From NCBI GenBank assembly GCA_963739375.1, contig CAVUAF010000006.1, forward strand, positions 2,893-66,892: a DNA stretch of 64,000 bases, read 5' to 3'. The notes under the pieces were generated by a model that saw only the letters and a list, made by a program, of their open reading frames with translations, was not told the DNA's origin and did no database searches. The stretch's first letter is position 1; every line of letters starts with the position of its first letter. Made by a program: the position numbers and the translations under genes. Below are positions 1 to 8,586 of this stretch, one piece after another. Source of the DNA: Terriglobia bacterium (GTDB taxonomy: Bacteria; Acidobacteriota; Terriglobia; Terriglobales; Acidobacteriaceae).

Positions 1-443
1 CCGGCGTTGGCGTTTTCAATGTCGGCGCGCGCTACGGTTGGGTGCTCGCCGGTCCTGTCGGCCCCGGCTTCCTGCGCGGCTCGCTGGAGTATGCGGTGGA
101 CGCCATTCCGCTTTACCTCGTTTTCCAAAACGGCGGCACTTACGGCGCCGGCTTCGATCCCTTTGCCCTGAAGTGGAATTTCGCCCAGGCTCGCCGGGCC
201 GTCCCCTTCATTGAACTCGCCGGCGGCGTGCTCTTCACCAGGAGCGAGGTGCCGCGCGGCACCAGCAACGTCAATTTCGTCTCCCAGGCCGCGTTCGGTG
301 TTCATCTCACCGGCCGCCATTTCAATCCCACCTTCGCCATCCGCTATGCCCACATTTCCAACGCTGGCCTCACCGTGCCCAACCCGGGCATCAACACGGT
401 GCAGTTCCAGCTGGGCGTGACCTCCTTCCGCAAGCGCAAGTAG
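1..443 (+). CDS. Acyloxyacyl hydrolase / lipid A 3-O-deacylase (PagL)-like outer-membrane protein, C-terminal part (5' end outside window)
   Basis: Frame 3 is open from nt 3 (GVGVFNVGARYGW...). Track ORF 42..443. RYAHISNAG resembles the His-x-Ser-Asn catalytic motif of PagL-type deacylases. Alternating beta-strand pattern and aromatic C-terminus. Confidence 0.55.
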   Translation, partial: GVGVFNVGARYGWVLAGPVGPGFLRGSLEYAVDAIPLYLVFQNGGTYGAGFDPFALKWNFAQARRAVPFIELAGGVLFTRSEVPRGTSNVNFVSQAAFGVHLTGRHFNPTFAIRYAHISNAGLTVPNPGINTVQFQLGVTSFRKRK

Positions 444-526
444 CGCCGCCTTTCCTGTCTTCCTGAGCGCATATCGCTTATCGCTTCTTTCCCTCCCTGC
501 TATCCTTGCGTGTTCTGCGAGGACTC

Positions 527-2002
527 ATGAACACGCTGGTTGAATGTGTTCCGAATTTTTCCGAGGGCCGTGATCCCGCCAAGGTCGACGCCCTCATCGC
601 CGCCATGAAGCTGGACGGCGTCTACCTGCTCGACCGCGAGATGGACGCCGACCACAACCGCTGCGTCATCACCCTGGTGGGTGAGCGCGACGCCGTCGCC
701 GAGGCCGCGATTCGCGGCGTTTGCCGCGCGGCTGAGCTCATCGACCTGACCCACCACACCGGCGCCCACCCGCGCCTCGGCGCCGCCGACGTTATCCCCT
801 TCATCCCCATCGAAGGGGTCACGCTCGAAGACTGCGTGGCCATCGCACGCCACGTCGGCGAGCAAATCTGGCAGCGCTGCCGCGTGCCGGTTTATCTCTA
901 CGAAGCCGCCGCCACTACTCCCGAGCGCCAGAACCTGGAGAACATCCGCCGCGGCCAGTTCGAGGGCCTGCGCGACGAGATCGCCACCAACCCCGCGCGC
1001 CGCCCCGATTTCGGCGAGCCCCGCCTTCATCCCACTGCCGGCGCCACCGTCGTCGGCGCCCGCAAGTTCCTCATCGCCTACAACGTCTTTCTGAACACCC
1101 CTGACGTCGAGATCGCCAAGAAAATCGCCAAGGCGGTGCGCTTCTCCTCTGGCGGGCTGCGTTACGTCAAGGCGGCGGGCTTCAGCGTCCGCGGCCTGGC
1201 CCAGGTCTCGATGAACCTCACCGACTTCGAACAGACCCCCATGGCGCGCGTCTTCGAGTTCGTGCGCCACGAGGCCGCACGCTACGGCGTGCAGCCGCTG
1301 GCCAGCGAGATTGTCGGCCTGGTCCCGAAGCGGGCCTTGGAAGACGCAGCGGAGTGGTTCCTGCAGATCGAGAACTTCAACTCGTCGTTGATTCTGGAAA
1401 ACCGCCTCGCGGCGGTGATGGGCGGCAAGATGGCCGTTGGCGGCCTGCGGGCCGGCGTCGAGCCCTTCCTGGAGCAGCTCGCCGCCCCCACCGCGACCCC
1501 CGGCGGGGGCAGCGCCAGTGCCGCGGCCGCGGCCATGGGCGCCGCGCTTGGCCACATGGTGGCCAGCATGGCGCGCGGCAAGAAGAATTACCTGCCGCAC
1601 GAACGCGAGCTCAGCGACGCCATCGCCCGCCTCGCCCGCATGCGCGACGACTTCGCCGCCGCCATCGACGACGACGCCGAGGCCTACACCGCCGTCGTCC
1701 AGGCCTTCAAGGCGGCAAAATCCGCCGCCGATGCCGCCCCGTCGCAGATCGAGGACGCCACCAAAGACGCTGCGCGCGTCCCGCTCAGCGTGGCCGAGCG
1801 CGCCCGCCAGCTCCTGGGCGTGATCGAGCAACTTCGCCCCATCACCAACCCCAAGATGGCCTCCGACCTCGCCGTGGCTGCCGCGCTCGCCCACGCCGCC
1901 CTCGAGGGCGCCGCCGCCAACGTGGAAATTAACCTCGCCGAGCTCGCCGACCAGCAGTTTGTCAGCGAAACCCGCCAGCGCCTCGCCGCCCTGCGGAGTT
2001 GA
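527..2002 (+). CDS. Bifunctional glutamate formimidoyltransferase / formiminotetrahydrofolate cyclodeaminase (FTCD-like fusion)
   Basis: MNTLVECVPNFSEGRD N-terminus typical of glutamate formimidoyltransferase. The C-terminal ~200 aa (GGGSASAAAAAMGAALG...) is typical of the cyclodeaminase domain. ATG at 527 within track ORF 506..2002. Confidence 0.9.
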   Translation: MNTLVECVPNFSEGRDPAKVDALIAAMKLDGVYLLDREMDADHNRCVITLVGERDAVAEAAIRGVCRAAELIDLTHHTGAHPRLGAADVIPFIPIEGVTLEDCVAIARHVGEQIWQRCRVPVYLYEAAATTPERQNLENIRRGQFEGLRDEIATNPARRPDFGEPRLHPTAGATVVGARKFLIAYNVFLNTPDVEIAKKIAKAVRFSSGGLRYVKAAGFSVRGLAQVSMNLTDFEQTPMARVFEFVRHEAARYGVQPLASEIVGLVPKRALEDAAEWFLQIENFNSSLILENRLAAVMGGKMAVGGLRAGVEPFLEQLAAPTATPGGGSASAAAAAMGAALGHMVASMARGKKNYLPHERELSDAIARLARMRDDFAAAIDDDAEAYTAVVQAFKAAKSAADAAPSQIEDATKDAARVPLSVAERARQLLGVIEQLRPITNPKMASDLAVAAALAHAALEGAAANVEINLAELADQQFVSETRQRLAALRS

Positions 2003-2072
2003 ACCACGAAGGCTCTTCTTCCTTGCCTGTTTCGCCTCCGCTGGCGTGTTTTCGCGGTTGGTTTCGGCCGAA

Positions 2073-2100
2073 GACCGACGACCGACGACCGACGACCGGC
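2073..2100. repeat. Tandem heptamer array, 4 x GACCGAC/GACCGGC
   Basis: Read directly: gaccgac gaccgac gaccgac gaccggc, 70 nt downstream of the FTCD stop. Confidence 0.9.
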
Positions 2101-2224
2101 CGCGGTTTCCCTAAGGTAACCTCCCGCCGGTCACCTCCCCGCCACCCGCCGCCTCGCATTTGGGTTACATTAAGTAGAACAACCTGGTTGGCCGGAACGT
2201 CATCCGATTAGGTACCGGGATTCC

Positions 2225-3154
2225 ATGAAGCGACTCCTTCTCCTCCCCGTGGTTCTACTGCTGGCGGCCAGCGCACTTGGCGTGGCGCTGGGCAGCTCGG
2301 CCCGCGCCATCATTCCCAGCGAAGTGCAGCAGATCATCTGCGTCGACTACCGCACGCTCAAGGCCTCGGGGACGGCCATGGCGCTGAAAGACCGCGTCCT
2401 GCCCGACAACCTCAAGCAGTTCGAGACGGCGCTGCGCGGCCTGGGCGTCGATCCCGACAAGGACATTGAGCAGCTCGCCTTCATCTCTTTCCGCAACAAC
2501 AGCTCCCTGCGCATCATCGGCATCGCCCAGGGTCAGTTCACCCTGCAGCAGATCACCCGCCGCTTCACCGCGCGCAAAATCAAGGCCACCCGCTACCGCC
2601 TCAACGACCTCTGGCCCGCCTCCGAAGGCATGCAGATGGCGTTCCTCGATCCCACCACCATGTTGTTCGGCGAGGTCACCGCGCTCAAGCTGGCGCTCGA
2701 CACCCGCGACGGCGAGCTCCCCAGCCTCAATGCCAATTCCCAGATCGCCGACATGATGGGCGGCGTCGAGCGCGGCACGGTGTGGAGCGTCCTCGATGGC
2801 TCCGGCACCCAGAACATGATGCGCTCCGCCCTCGGCGATGCCGCCCGCCTCGCCGACTACGACATCGTGCGCAAGCGCTTCCTCGGCTCCCGCTACGCCA
2901 TGGACTTCAGCAGCGGCGTTAACTTCGACCTCGACGTCTTCACCTCCGACAGCTTCACCGCCGCCAGTCTCTCCGCCATGGTCAAGGCCGGCATGATGTA
3001 CCGCCGGCTCAACGCCAGCGGCATCGAGAAGCTCGCCCTCGACAGCCTCAACGTCGACAACGACAGCGACAAGCTCCGCCTCCGCTTCAAGACCGACGAC
3101 GCCAAGTTCGAATCCCTCCTGCACTCCGAACTCTTCGCCGCCGTCTCCCGCTGA
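2225..3154 (+). CDS. Hypothetical exported protein
   Basis: 309-aa ORF with an N-terminal signal peptide (MKRLLLLPVVLLLAASALGVALG) and coding-like composition. No family recognised. Confidence 0.7.
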   Translation: MKRLLLLPVVLLLAASALGVALGSSARAIIPSEVQQIICVDYRTLKASGTAMALKDRVLPDNLKQFETALRGLGVDPDKDIEQLAFISFRNNSSLRIIGIAQGQFTLQQITRRFTARKIKATRYRLNDLWPASEGMQMAFLDPTTMLFGEVTALKLALDTRDGELPSLNANSQIADMMGGVERGTVWSVLDGSGTQNMMRSALGDAARLADYDIVRKRFLGSRYAMDFSSGVNFDLDVFTSDSFTAASLSAMVKAGMMYRRLNASGIEKLALDSLNVDNDSDKLRLRFKTDDAKFESLLHSELFAAVSR

Positions 3155-3169
3155 CGACCCTTGGCAATT

Positions 3170-3392
3170 GTCATCCTCAGGGCGCTTGAAAGAACCTGGG
3201 TGTCATCCTGAGGGCGCTGGTGTTGCGCCCGAAGGATCTATGTATTTCGTCGCCCCAGGACGCCGGTGGTACTCGAACGGCTCTTTGTGATGTCGTCATC
3301 CTGAGCCAGCGCGAGGGAGCGGAGCCGGGGTCCCCAGCGAGCCTGGTTTTGGCTTGCTGGGGTGGTCGCATGCGACGGAGCGCGCGTCGAAG
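3170..3392. repeat. Cluster of three REP-like palindromic units (GTCATCCTGAG ... GAAGGATC)
   Basis: Units begin at 3170, 3202 and 3295. Internal hairpins gggcgc/gcgccc (3212..3230) and ccccagcgagcc/ggcttgctgggg (3332..3362). Related copies at 6932..6957, 18292..18438 and 22202..22280. Confidence 0.8.
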
Positions 3393-3638
3393 GATCCCTA
3401 CCCCGCCAACACCACCCTGCCGCTCGCCCCTTTTCAACCAGGAATTTCACCCCGACCTCAGGGGCAGCGTGCCCAAGCCGTTGAACCATGGCGGCCAGAC
3501 GGAGAGATCGCGGGGCACGATGCTCCAGCGCCGGAGGCGCGACAGAGAATAGCCTGGGGCATAAGCCCCGGGTGGGCGCACAGAGAAACGTTCGCGCCGC
3601 CACCAGCCGCGGCACGAGCGCTGCGTCGGCTCCGCGAC

Positions 3639-3666
3639 TCGAAACTTGCAACTAGAAACTAGAAAC
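3639..3666. repeat. Tandem heptamer array (TCGAAAC TTGCAAC TAGAAAC TAGAAAC) covering the arsM stop codon
   Basis: Read directly. The arsM stop (3652..3654, minus strand) lies inside the array. Confidence 0.85.
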
Positions 3667-4455
3667 TGGTTTTGCCCCGTGGAACCTGACTGACGCCACC
3701 GCCGCCGCCGCGCGCTTCACCTGCTCCGCCGTCAATCCCGCCGGCGTTGCGCCCGGGGCCAGCGCGCACAGCAGCGCCGCTCCGCCCATGATCTGCGGCG
3801 CCGCCAGCTCGGTGAACCCCGCCTCCGCCGCCAGCGCCACGTACTCCGACAGCATGCTGGCCCCGGCCACGCATCCCACGTAAGCCTCGACGTTCGACTT
3901 CACCGCCTCCTCCAGCGGCCGCAGCAGCACGATGTCGCTGATGGCGAACGTGCCTCCCGGCTTTAGCACGCGGTAGATCTCGCGGAAGACCGCTTCCTTG
4001 TCGGGACTGAGGTTGATGACGCAGTTGCTGATGACCATGTCGGCGCTGGCGTCGTCCACCGGCAGCGCCTCGATCACTCCCTGGCGGAATTCCACGTTCG
4101 CCACGCCGCGGCGCCGCGCGTTCTCCCGCGCCAGCGCCAGCATGTCGTCGGTCATGTCCACTCCGATCACGCGCCCGCTCGCGCCCACCCGCTCCCGCAC
4201 CAGGAAGGCGTCAAACCCCGCCCCGCTCCCCAGGTCCACCACCGTCATCCCTTCCCGCACCTGGGCCAGCGCCAGCGGATTGCCGCAGCCCAGCCCCAGG
4301 TTCGCTTCGCCCGCCTGCGCTACCTCCTCGGCCGTGTACCCGATGGCCGGCACCAGCTGGCTCGGTGACCCGCAGCATCCGCCGCCCCGCTCCCGCGCGA
4401 TGCTCCCGTACTTCTCCTTGACTACCTCCCGCAACTCCGCCGCTTTCCCGCTCAT
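3652..4455 (-). CDS. arsM: Arsenite S-adenosylmethionine methyltransferase
   Basis: SAM-binding VVDLGSGAG. Conserved ArsM cysteines (GGGCCG, GLGCGNP, SNCVINL, YVGCVAGA). Start chosen at the ATG at 4455, preceded by AAGGAG; the track ORF extends to 4482. Confidence 0.9.
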   Translation of the reverse strand: MSGKAAELREVVKEKYGSIARERGGGCCGSPSQLVPAIGYTAEEVAQAGEANLGLGCGNPLALAQVREGMTVVDLGSGAGFDAFLVRERVGASGRVIGVDMTDDMLALARENARRRGVANVEFRQGVIEALPVDDASADMVISNCVINLSPDKEAVFREIYRVLKPGGTFAISDIVLLRPLEEAVKSNVEAYVGCVAGASMLSEYVALAAEAGFTELAAPQIMGGAALLCALAPGATPAGLTAEQVKRAAAAVASVRFHGAKPVSSF

Positions 4456-4564
4456 GACCGCTCCTTTCATATCGATTGCCATCTATCTACGGATCCCTAA
4501 GAACGCCTTCCTCGCCAGCTTGGGTTTTCTCTTGCTGGGAGCCAGCCGCCAGCAGCTGCAGCTC

Positions 4565-4634
4565 CAAACTCGAAACTGGAAACTGGAAACTCGAAACTAG
4601 AAACTAGAAACTAGAAACTAGAAACTAGAAACTA
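4565..4634. repeat. Tandem heptamer array, 10 x GAAACTN
   Basis: caaactc gaaactg gaaactg gaaactc then 6 x gaaacta. Covers the arsR stop codon (4618..4620, minus strand). Confidence 0.95.
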
Positions 4635-4923
4635 TTCTCCCCATCTCCCGCACCGCGCGCTCGTTGCGCCGGTACCACATCCACTGCCCGACCTTTTCCG
4701 CCTCCACCAGCCCCGCGGCGCGCAGGATCGCCATGTGGTGCGACACCGTCGGCTGCGCCAGCCGCACGCAGCTCTCGATGTCGCAGGCGCACAGTCCCTC
4801 GCGCTCGCCGATGGCGCAGCATCCTTTGCGCTCGCGCAGCAGGCGTAGGATGTGCCGCCGCGTCGGGTCGGCGATCGCCTTCAGCATCGCGGTCACGCGT
4901 TCGTCGGTGAGGGTGTTTGTCAT
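4618..4923 (-). CDS. arsR: ArsR/SmtB family metalloregulator
   Basis: LKAIADPTRRHILRLL winged-helix motif and Cys-rich GLCACDIESC site resembling the As(III) site of ArsR. Start set at the ATG at 4923 because a sigma70-like promoter lies inside the longer track ORF (4618..4965). Confidence 0.85.
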   Translation of the reverse strand: MTNTLTDERVTAMLKAIADPTRRHILRLLRERKGCCAIGEREGLCACDIESCVRLAQPTVSHHMAILRAAGLVEAEKVGQWMWYRRNERAVREMGRIVSSF

Positions 4924-4933
4924 ATCGACAGAG

Positions 4934-4965
4934 GTCAATATACGCCGTACATCGACCATTGTCAA
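4934..4965 (-). promoter_or_regulatory. Putative arsR promoter with dyad operator
   Basis: On the minus strand: TTGACA (4965..4960), 17 nt, TATATT (4942..4937). An imperfect inverted repeat GTCAATATAC-gcc-GTACATCGAC (4934..4956) overlaps the spacer. Confidence 0.5.
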
Positions 4966-5045
4966 TATGTAAAAACAGCCGCCGCAAGAACGCCGCGGCC
5001 CCTGCGCTATACTGCGCCTGCCGCTTCCCGCGCCCGCGGAGACCC

Positions 5046-5879
5046 ATGCGCCTGGCGATGTTGACCTGCGAACAGCCGTGGCAGCGCGCCTTGGCCGCTC
5101 GGCTGGCGCGGCAGCACGAACTCGTCCTGCTCTGCGTCGACCAGCATTTCTCCGGCGAGGCGCGCTTGCGCCGCGCCCTCCGGCTGCTGCGCCAGCCGGC
5201 GCGTTTCGCTGCCAAGGTCCGCGAGCGCGCCGCCATCGGCGAGGTCGAGCGCGCCGCCGCGCAGGTCTACCGCGACTTCTTCACGCAACTCGGGGCCCCG
5301 CCCTTCGCGGAGTCGGCCCGCACCGTCCTCGCCGCCCCCGACATCAACGCCCCCGAGGTCGCGCAGGCCATCGCCGCCGCCACGCCGGACGCTATCATCG
5401 TCAGCGGCACCCGCCTCATTCGTCCCCCGGTCCTCGACTGCGCCGCCCGCTACGGCATGATCAACCTGCACACCGGCCTCTCCCCCTACTACCGCGGCGG
5501 GCCCTGCACTTTCTGGTCGCTCTACCACGAGGAGCCCGAGTACGCCGGCGCCACCGTCCACTACATCACCTCCGGAATCGATTCCGGCGACATCATCCTC
5601 TCCGGCCGTCCGGCGCTCGACGCCGCCGACAACGCCGCCTCCCTCGACTGCAAGGTCATCGACCTCGGCCAGCAACTGCTGCTTCGCGCCCTCGGCCTGC
5701 TCGCCGCCGGCCGCGCTCCGCGCGTTCCGCAGTGGGAAAGAGGGAGGGTCTTCCTCTACAAGTCCTTCACCGTGCCGGTGCGGCTGGAACTCGAAGCGAA
5801 GCTGCGCGCCGGCCTGATGCCGCGCTGCCTGGCGCGGCTGGCGGAGCACCTCCCCGATCTCCGCACCATCGACGCATGA
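5046..5879 (+). CDS. Formyltransferase family protein (Fmt/ArnA N-terminal-domain-like)
   Basis: INLHTGLSPYYRGG...ATVHYITSGIDSGDII matches the formyltransferase core (HxSLLPxxRG-like plus D). ATG at 5046 within track ORF 4917..5879. Confidence 0.8.
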   Translation: MRLAMLTCEQPWQRALAARLARQHELVLLCVDQHFSGEARLRRALRLLRQPARFAAKVRERAAIGEVERAAAQVYRDFFTQLGAPPFAESARTVLAAPDINAPEVAQAIAAATPDAIIVSGTRLIRPPVLDCAARYGMINLHTGLSPYYRGGPCTFWSLYHEEPEYAGATVHYITSGIDSGDIILSGRPALDAADNAASLDCKVIDLGQQLLLRALGLLAAGRAPRVPQWERGRVFLYKSFTVPVRLELEAKLRAGLMPRCLARLAEHLPDLRTIDA

Positions 5880-6811
5880 TCGGGAGCGCAGTACGCCACG
5901 TCGCGGCGCTGGCGGGCGCTGCCGGGCTGAATCGCCTCGCGCGCACCCGGCTGCGCCGTCGCCTGCTCGTGCTCTGCTACCACGGCGTCTGCGGCGAGCG
6001 GCTGAACGTACCGGATTCCGGCGGCATCCAGCTGCCGCTCCCACTCTTCGAGGTGCAGCTCGACCGCCTGCTCCGGCAGTATCGGCCCGTGTCGCTGGCG
6101 CAAGTCCGCGACGCATGGATGAACCGCGCTGCCCTGCCCGAGCGCCCCGTGCTGCTCACCTTTGACGACGGCTACCGCAACACGGTGATGAACGCGCTGC
6201 CCGCGCTGCGCCGCCGCGGCGTGCCCGCGGCGCTGTTTGTGGTGGCGGGATTGGTCGAGAACCGCGGCGCGCTGTGGACTTCGCTCGTCGAGTGCGCCTA
6301 CGGCGACACCGCCGAGATGCGCCGCCAGAAGTTGCGCTTGAAGCGTATGCCCGCCGCCCAGCGCCGCGCCTGGCTCGCCGCGAACCTGCCCCCCGACCCG
6401 CTCCCGCCCGATTCGGACTACGCGCTGGCCACCTGGCTGGAGCTGGCGGCCGCCCTCGCCGCCTCCGGGGATGCGCTGGCCATCGGCTCGCACGGCTTCA
6501 CCCACGAACTCCTGGCCACCTGCGAACCGCCGGAGGTCGAGCACGAGCTGCGTGAGTCGGCGCGCCTGATCGCCGAACGCCTGGGCGCTACGCCCCACTC
6601 CGTCGCCTATCCCGGCGGTTCCTGCAACGAAGCCGTGCTGCGGGCCTCCGGTGCCGCGGGCTACGAACTTGGATTCACCACCGCGCCGCGCCACGCCGCG
6701 CCCGCCGACGCCCCCCTCGCCCTGCCGCGCCTCCTGGTCGGCCGCCGCGACACCCCGGCCCTCTTCGAGGCCCGCCTCGCCGGATGGATGCAGCCCCTCG
6801 GCCTGCCCTGA
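5876..6811 (+). CDS. Polysaccharide deacetylase (NodB homology) family protein
   Basis: LTFDDGYRN and HGFTHE motifs. Its ATG overlaps the upstream stop (ATGA at 5876..5879). In frame within the shadow-extended track ORF 5078..6811. Confidence 0.85.
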   Translation: MIGSAVRHVAALAGAAGLNRLARTRLRRRLLVLCYHGVCGERLNVPDSGGIQLPLPLFEVQLDRLLRQYRPVSLAQVRDAWMNRAALPERPVLLTFDDGYRNTVMNALPALRRRGVPAALFVVAGLVENRGALWTSLVECAYGDTAEMRRQKLRLKRMPAAQRRAWLAANLPPDPLPPDSDYALATWLELAAALAASGDALAIGSHGFTHELLATCEPPEVEHELRESARLIAERLGATPHSVAYPGGSCNEAVLRASGAAGYELGFTTAPRHAAPADAPLALPRLLVGRRDTPALFEARLAGWMQPLGLP

Positions 6812-6931
6812 ACTCCGACGCGTTGCGGCCTCGCGCCAAAGCCGGGTGCCCCAGACGAGCCGGTTTTGCTCGTCTGGGCGGGACACGGTTCGAGTTTGCC
6901 GCCGGCCCGCAGCAAAGCCGCCCTCTTGGTT

Positions 6932-6957
6932 GTCATCCCGAGCACCGCGAGGGATCT
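6932..6957. repeat. Single REP-like unit (GTCATCCCGAGCACCGCGAGGGATCT)
   Basis: Same core as the 3170..3392 cluster. Confidence 0.7.
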
Positions 6958-7023
6958 GGGGTTTGTTTGTTCTGGCAGCCGACCACTGGCAACCGGCAAC
7001 TCGGCTGTTGACTCGCACGCACG

Positions 7024-7048
7024 CAAAAGGCGCGCCGCAGCGCGCCTT
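7024..7048 (-). terminator. Rho-independent terminator downstream of the SPOR gene
   Basis: Stem aaggcgcgc / gcgcgcctt with loop cgca. On the minus strand it is followed by TTTT. Confidence 0.6.
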
Positions 7049-7066
7049 CCCTTTCCCGAATCCCGT

Positions 7067-7705
7067 CTACTTGACGATCGCGTTGTACCCATCGCCCGCC
7101 AGTTTCTCTTTCATCGCCTGCGCCTCCTTGCGGTCGGCGAAGGGGCCGATCTGCACGTGGAAGAGGTGGTCGCCGGTATCGGGTGCGAGGAACACCGGAT
7201 AGCTCTTCTTGCGCAGCGCCCCCAGCAGCGTGTCGGCATCTTCTTTCTTGCTGACGGCGGCGATCTGCACCACGAACCCGGGTTGTGGCGTGGTGCCTGC
7301 AGCAGCGGCGTGCGTCACCTCGGCGGCCGGCGAGACCGCTGCTTCCGTGTGCGGCGGCGCCGCGGCGCTCTCCGCCTTGGGGGCTTCGGTCTGTGCTTCG
7401 GGCGCGGGTGCGGTCGCGGCCGCATCCGCCGGCGCCGCTGCCGCCGACGACGCGGGCGTGCAGTTCTGCCCCGCGGGGCAATCGGTCACCGGCACGTCCT
7501 TGCCTGCCGTCGGCTTGGCGCCGGTCGGCACGGCCACGCTGGGCACCGCTGGCGCCGTAGTGATCGGCCCGCCGGCCGCGGCGGCGCTGCGTCCCATGGT
7601 GAACCCGATGCCGAAGAAGATGCCGCACACCAGCACGAAGCCGAAGAACAGCCCCAGCAGGCGCCCGGTCCCGAGCGTGATTTCCGTATCCTGATAGTCG
7701 GACAT
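7067..7705 (-). CDS. SPOR domain-containing membrane protein
   Basis: N-terminal TM helix, Ala/Pro-rich linker, and a C-terminal SPOR-like domain (VQIAAVSKKEDADTLLGALRKKSYPVF...FHVQIGPFADRKEAQAMKEKL). Confidence 0.85.
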   Translation of the reverse strand: MSDYQDTEITLGTGRLLGLFFGFVLVCGIFFGIGFTMGRSAAAAGGPITTAPAVPSVAVPTGAKPTAGKDVPVTDCPAGQNCTPASSAAAAPADAAATAPAPEAQTEAPKAESAAAPPHTEAAVSPAAEVTHAAAAGTTPQPGFVVQIAAVSKKEDADTLLGALRKKSYPVFLAPDTGDHLFHVQIGPFADRKEAQAMKEKLAGDGYNAIVK

Positions 7706-7730
7706 AACTCGCTTTTGGCTCTTGGCTCGG

Positions 7731-7751
7731 CCGACGACCGACGACCGACGA
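7731..7751. repeat. Tandem heptamer array, 3 x CCGACGA
   Basis: Read directly, between the SPFH stop (7757) and the SPOR start (7705). Same unit as 2073..2100. Confidence 0.85.
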
Positions 7752-7756
7752 CCCGA

Positions 7757-8527
7757 TTATCCTCCGTCGGCGCTCTTTAGCTGTTTATCAATCAGCTTCG
7801 TGAGACCGCTGAGCAGGTCCACCGGCAGCGGAAACACGATGGTTGTGTTCTTCTCCACCCCGATCTCGGTCAGGGTTTGCAGGTAACGCAACTGCAGGCT
7901 GGTCGGCTCTTTCGCCAGCAGGCCCGCCGCGTCCGCCAGGCGCTGCGCCGCCGAGTACTCGCCCTCGGCGTGGATGATCTTGGCGCGCTTTTCGCGCTCC
8001 GCTTCGGCCTGCTTGGCCATGGCGCGCAGCATGGAATCCGGCATATCCACCTGCTTGACCTCGACCGTCGTCACCTTCACGCCCCAGGGATCGGTGTGCT
8101 GGTCGAGGATCTCCTGCAGCCGCATGTTGATCTTGTCGCGGTGCGCCAGCAGTTCGTCGAGCTCCACCTCGCCCAGCACCGAGCGCAGCGTGGTTTGCGC
8201 GAACTGCGAGGTCTGGTAGCGATAGTTGTCCACCGCCACCACCGCGCGCTTCGCGTCCACTACCTTGAGGAAGATGACCGCGTTCACCTTCAGCGTGACG
8301 TTGTCGCGCGTGATGATGTCCTGCGGCGGCACCTCGAACGCCTCCTGCTGCAGCGACACCCGCCGCAGCGTGTCAACCGGTTTGAAAACGAAGATGATGC
8401 CCGGCCCTTTGGGCTGGTCGAGCACCCGCCCCAGCCGCAGCACCACTCCCTTTTCCCATTCCTTCAGGATGTTGATGCAGCTGAACAGATAGAAAGCGAC
8501 CACGACGGCGGCAATCACCAGTGGCAT
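7757..8527 (-). CDS. SPFH/band 7 (stomatin-like) protein
   Basis: N-terminal TM helix, then [15 protein letters not shown]...[13 protein letters not shown]...[17 protein letters not shown], typical of prokaryotic stomatins. Confidence 0.9.
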   Translation of the reverse strand: MPLVIAAVVVAFYLFSCINILKEWEKGVVLRLGRVLDQPKGPGIIFVFKPVDTLRRVSLQQEAFEVPPQDIITRDNVTLKVNAVIFLKVVDAKRAVVAVDNYRYQTSQFAQTTLRSVLGEVELDELLAHRDKINMRLQEILDQHTDPWGVKVTTVEVKQVDMPDSMLRAMAKQAEAEREKRAKIIHAEGEYSAAQRLADAAGLLAKEPTSLQLRYLQTLTEIGVEKNTTIVFPLPVDLLSGLTKLIDKQLKSADGG

Positions 8528-8586
8528 GATGGCTCCTCCAGTTGTACGCGGAAAAAAACGGCGGCTGTGATTCTAGTCCATTTGCG

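Noticed and set aside
500-1894. 464-aa minus-strand ORF antisense to the FTCD gene. Similar long antisense or out-of-frame ORFs occur elsewhere, for example 5007..6116, 5756..7018, 12311..13768, 13453..15150, 15220..16494, 19495..21330, 22135..24321, 23694..25724, 36600..37406, 41165..42331, 43094..44875, 52046..53329, 53645..56701 and 59058..61595.
   Set aside because: Their Arg/Gly/Ala/His-rich low-complexity translations are typical of shadow ORFs in GC-rich DNA. In every case the opposite or alternative frame encodes a protein with clear family motifs.
3411-3651. Possible degraded gene or ncRNA in the remaining gap upstream of the arsM stop.
   Set aside because: The track ORFs here (3238..3651 minus strand, 3354..3662 plus strand) have no recognisable motifs and overlap the REP-like units. 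I could not define a convincing structure or family.
4565-4634. Heptamer and octamer arrays as CRISPR arrays.
   Set aside because: The units are 7-8 nt and directly abut each other with no spacers. No cas genes are in the window.
5078-5875. N-terminal 266-aa extension of the deacetylase ORF (track ORF 5078..6811).
   Set aside because: The extension is an Arg/Pro-rich out-of-frame overlap of the formyltransferase gene. The ATG at 5876 with an ATGA overlap gives a normal-length NodB-family protein.
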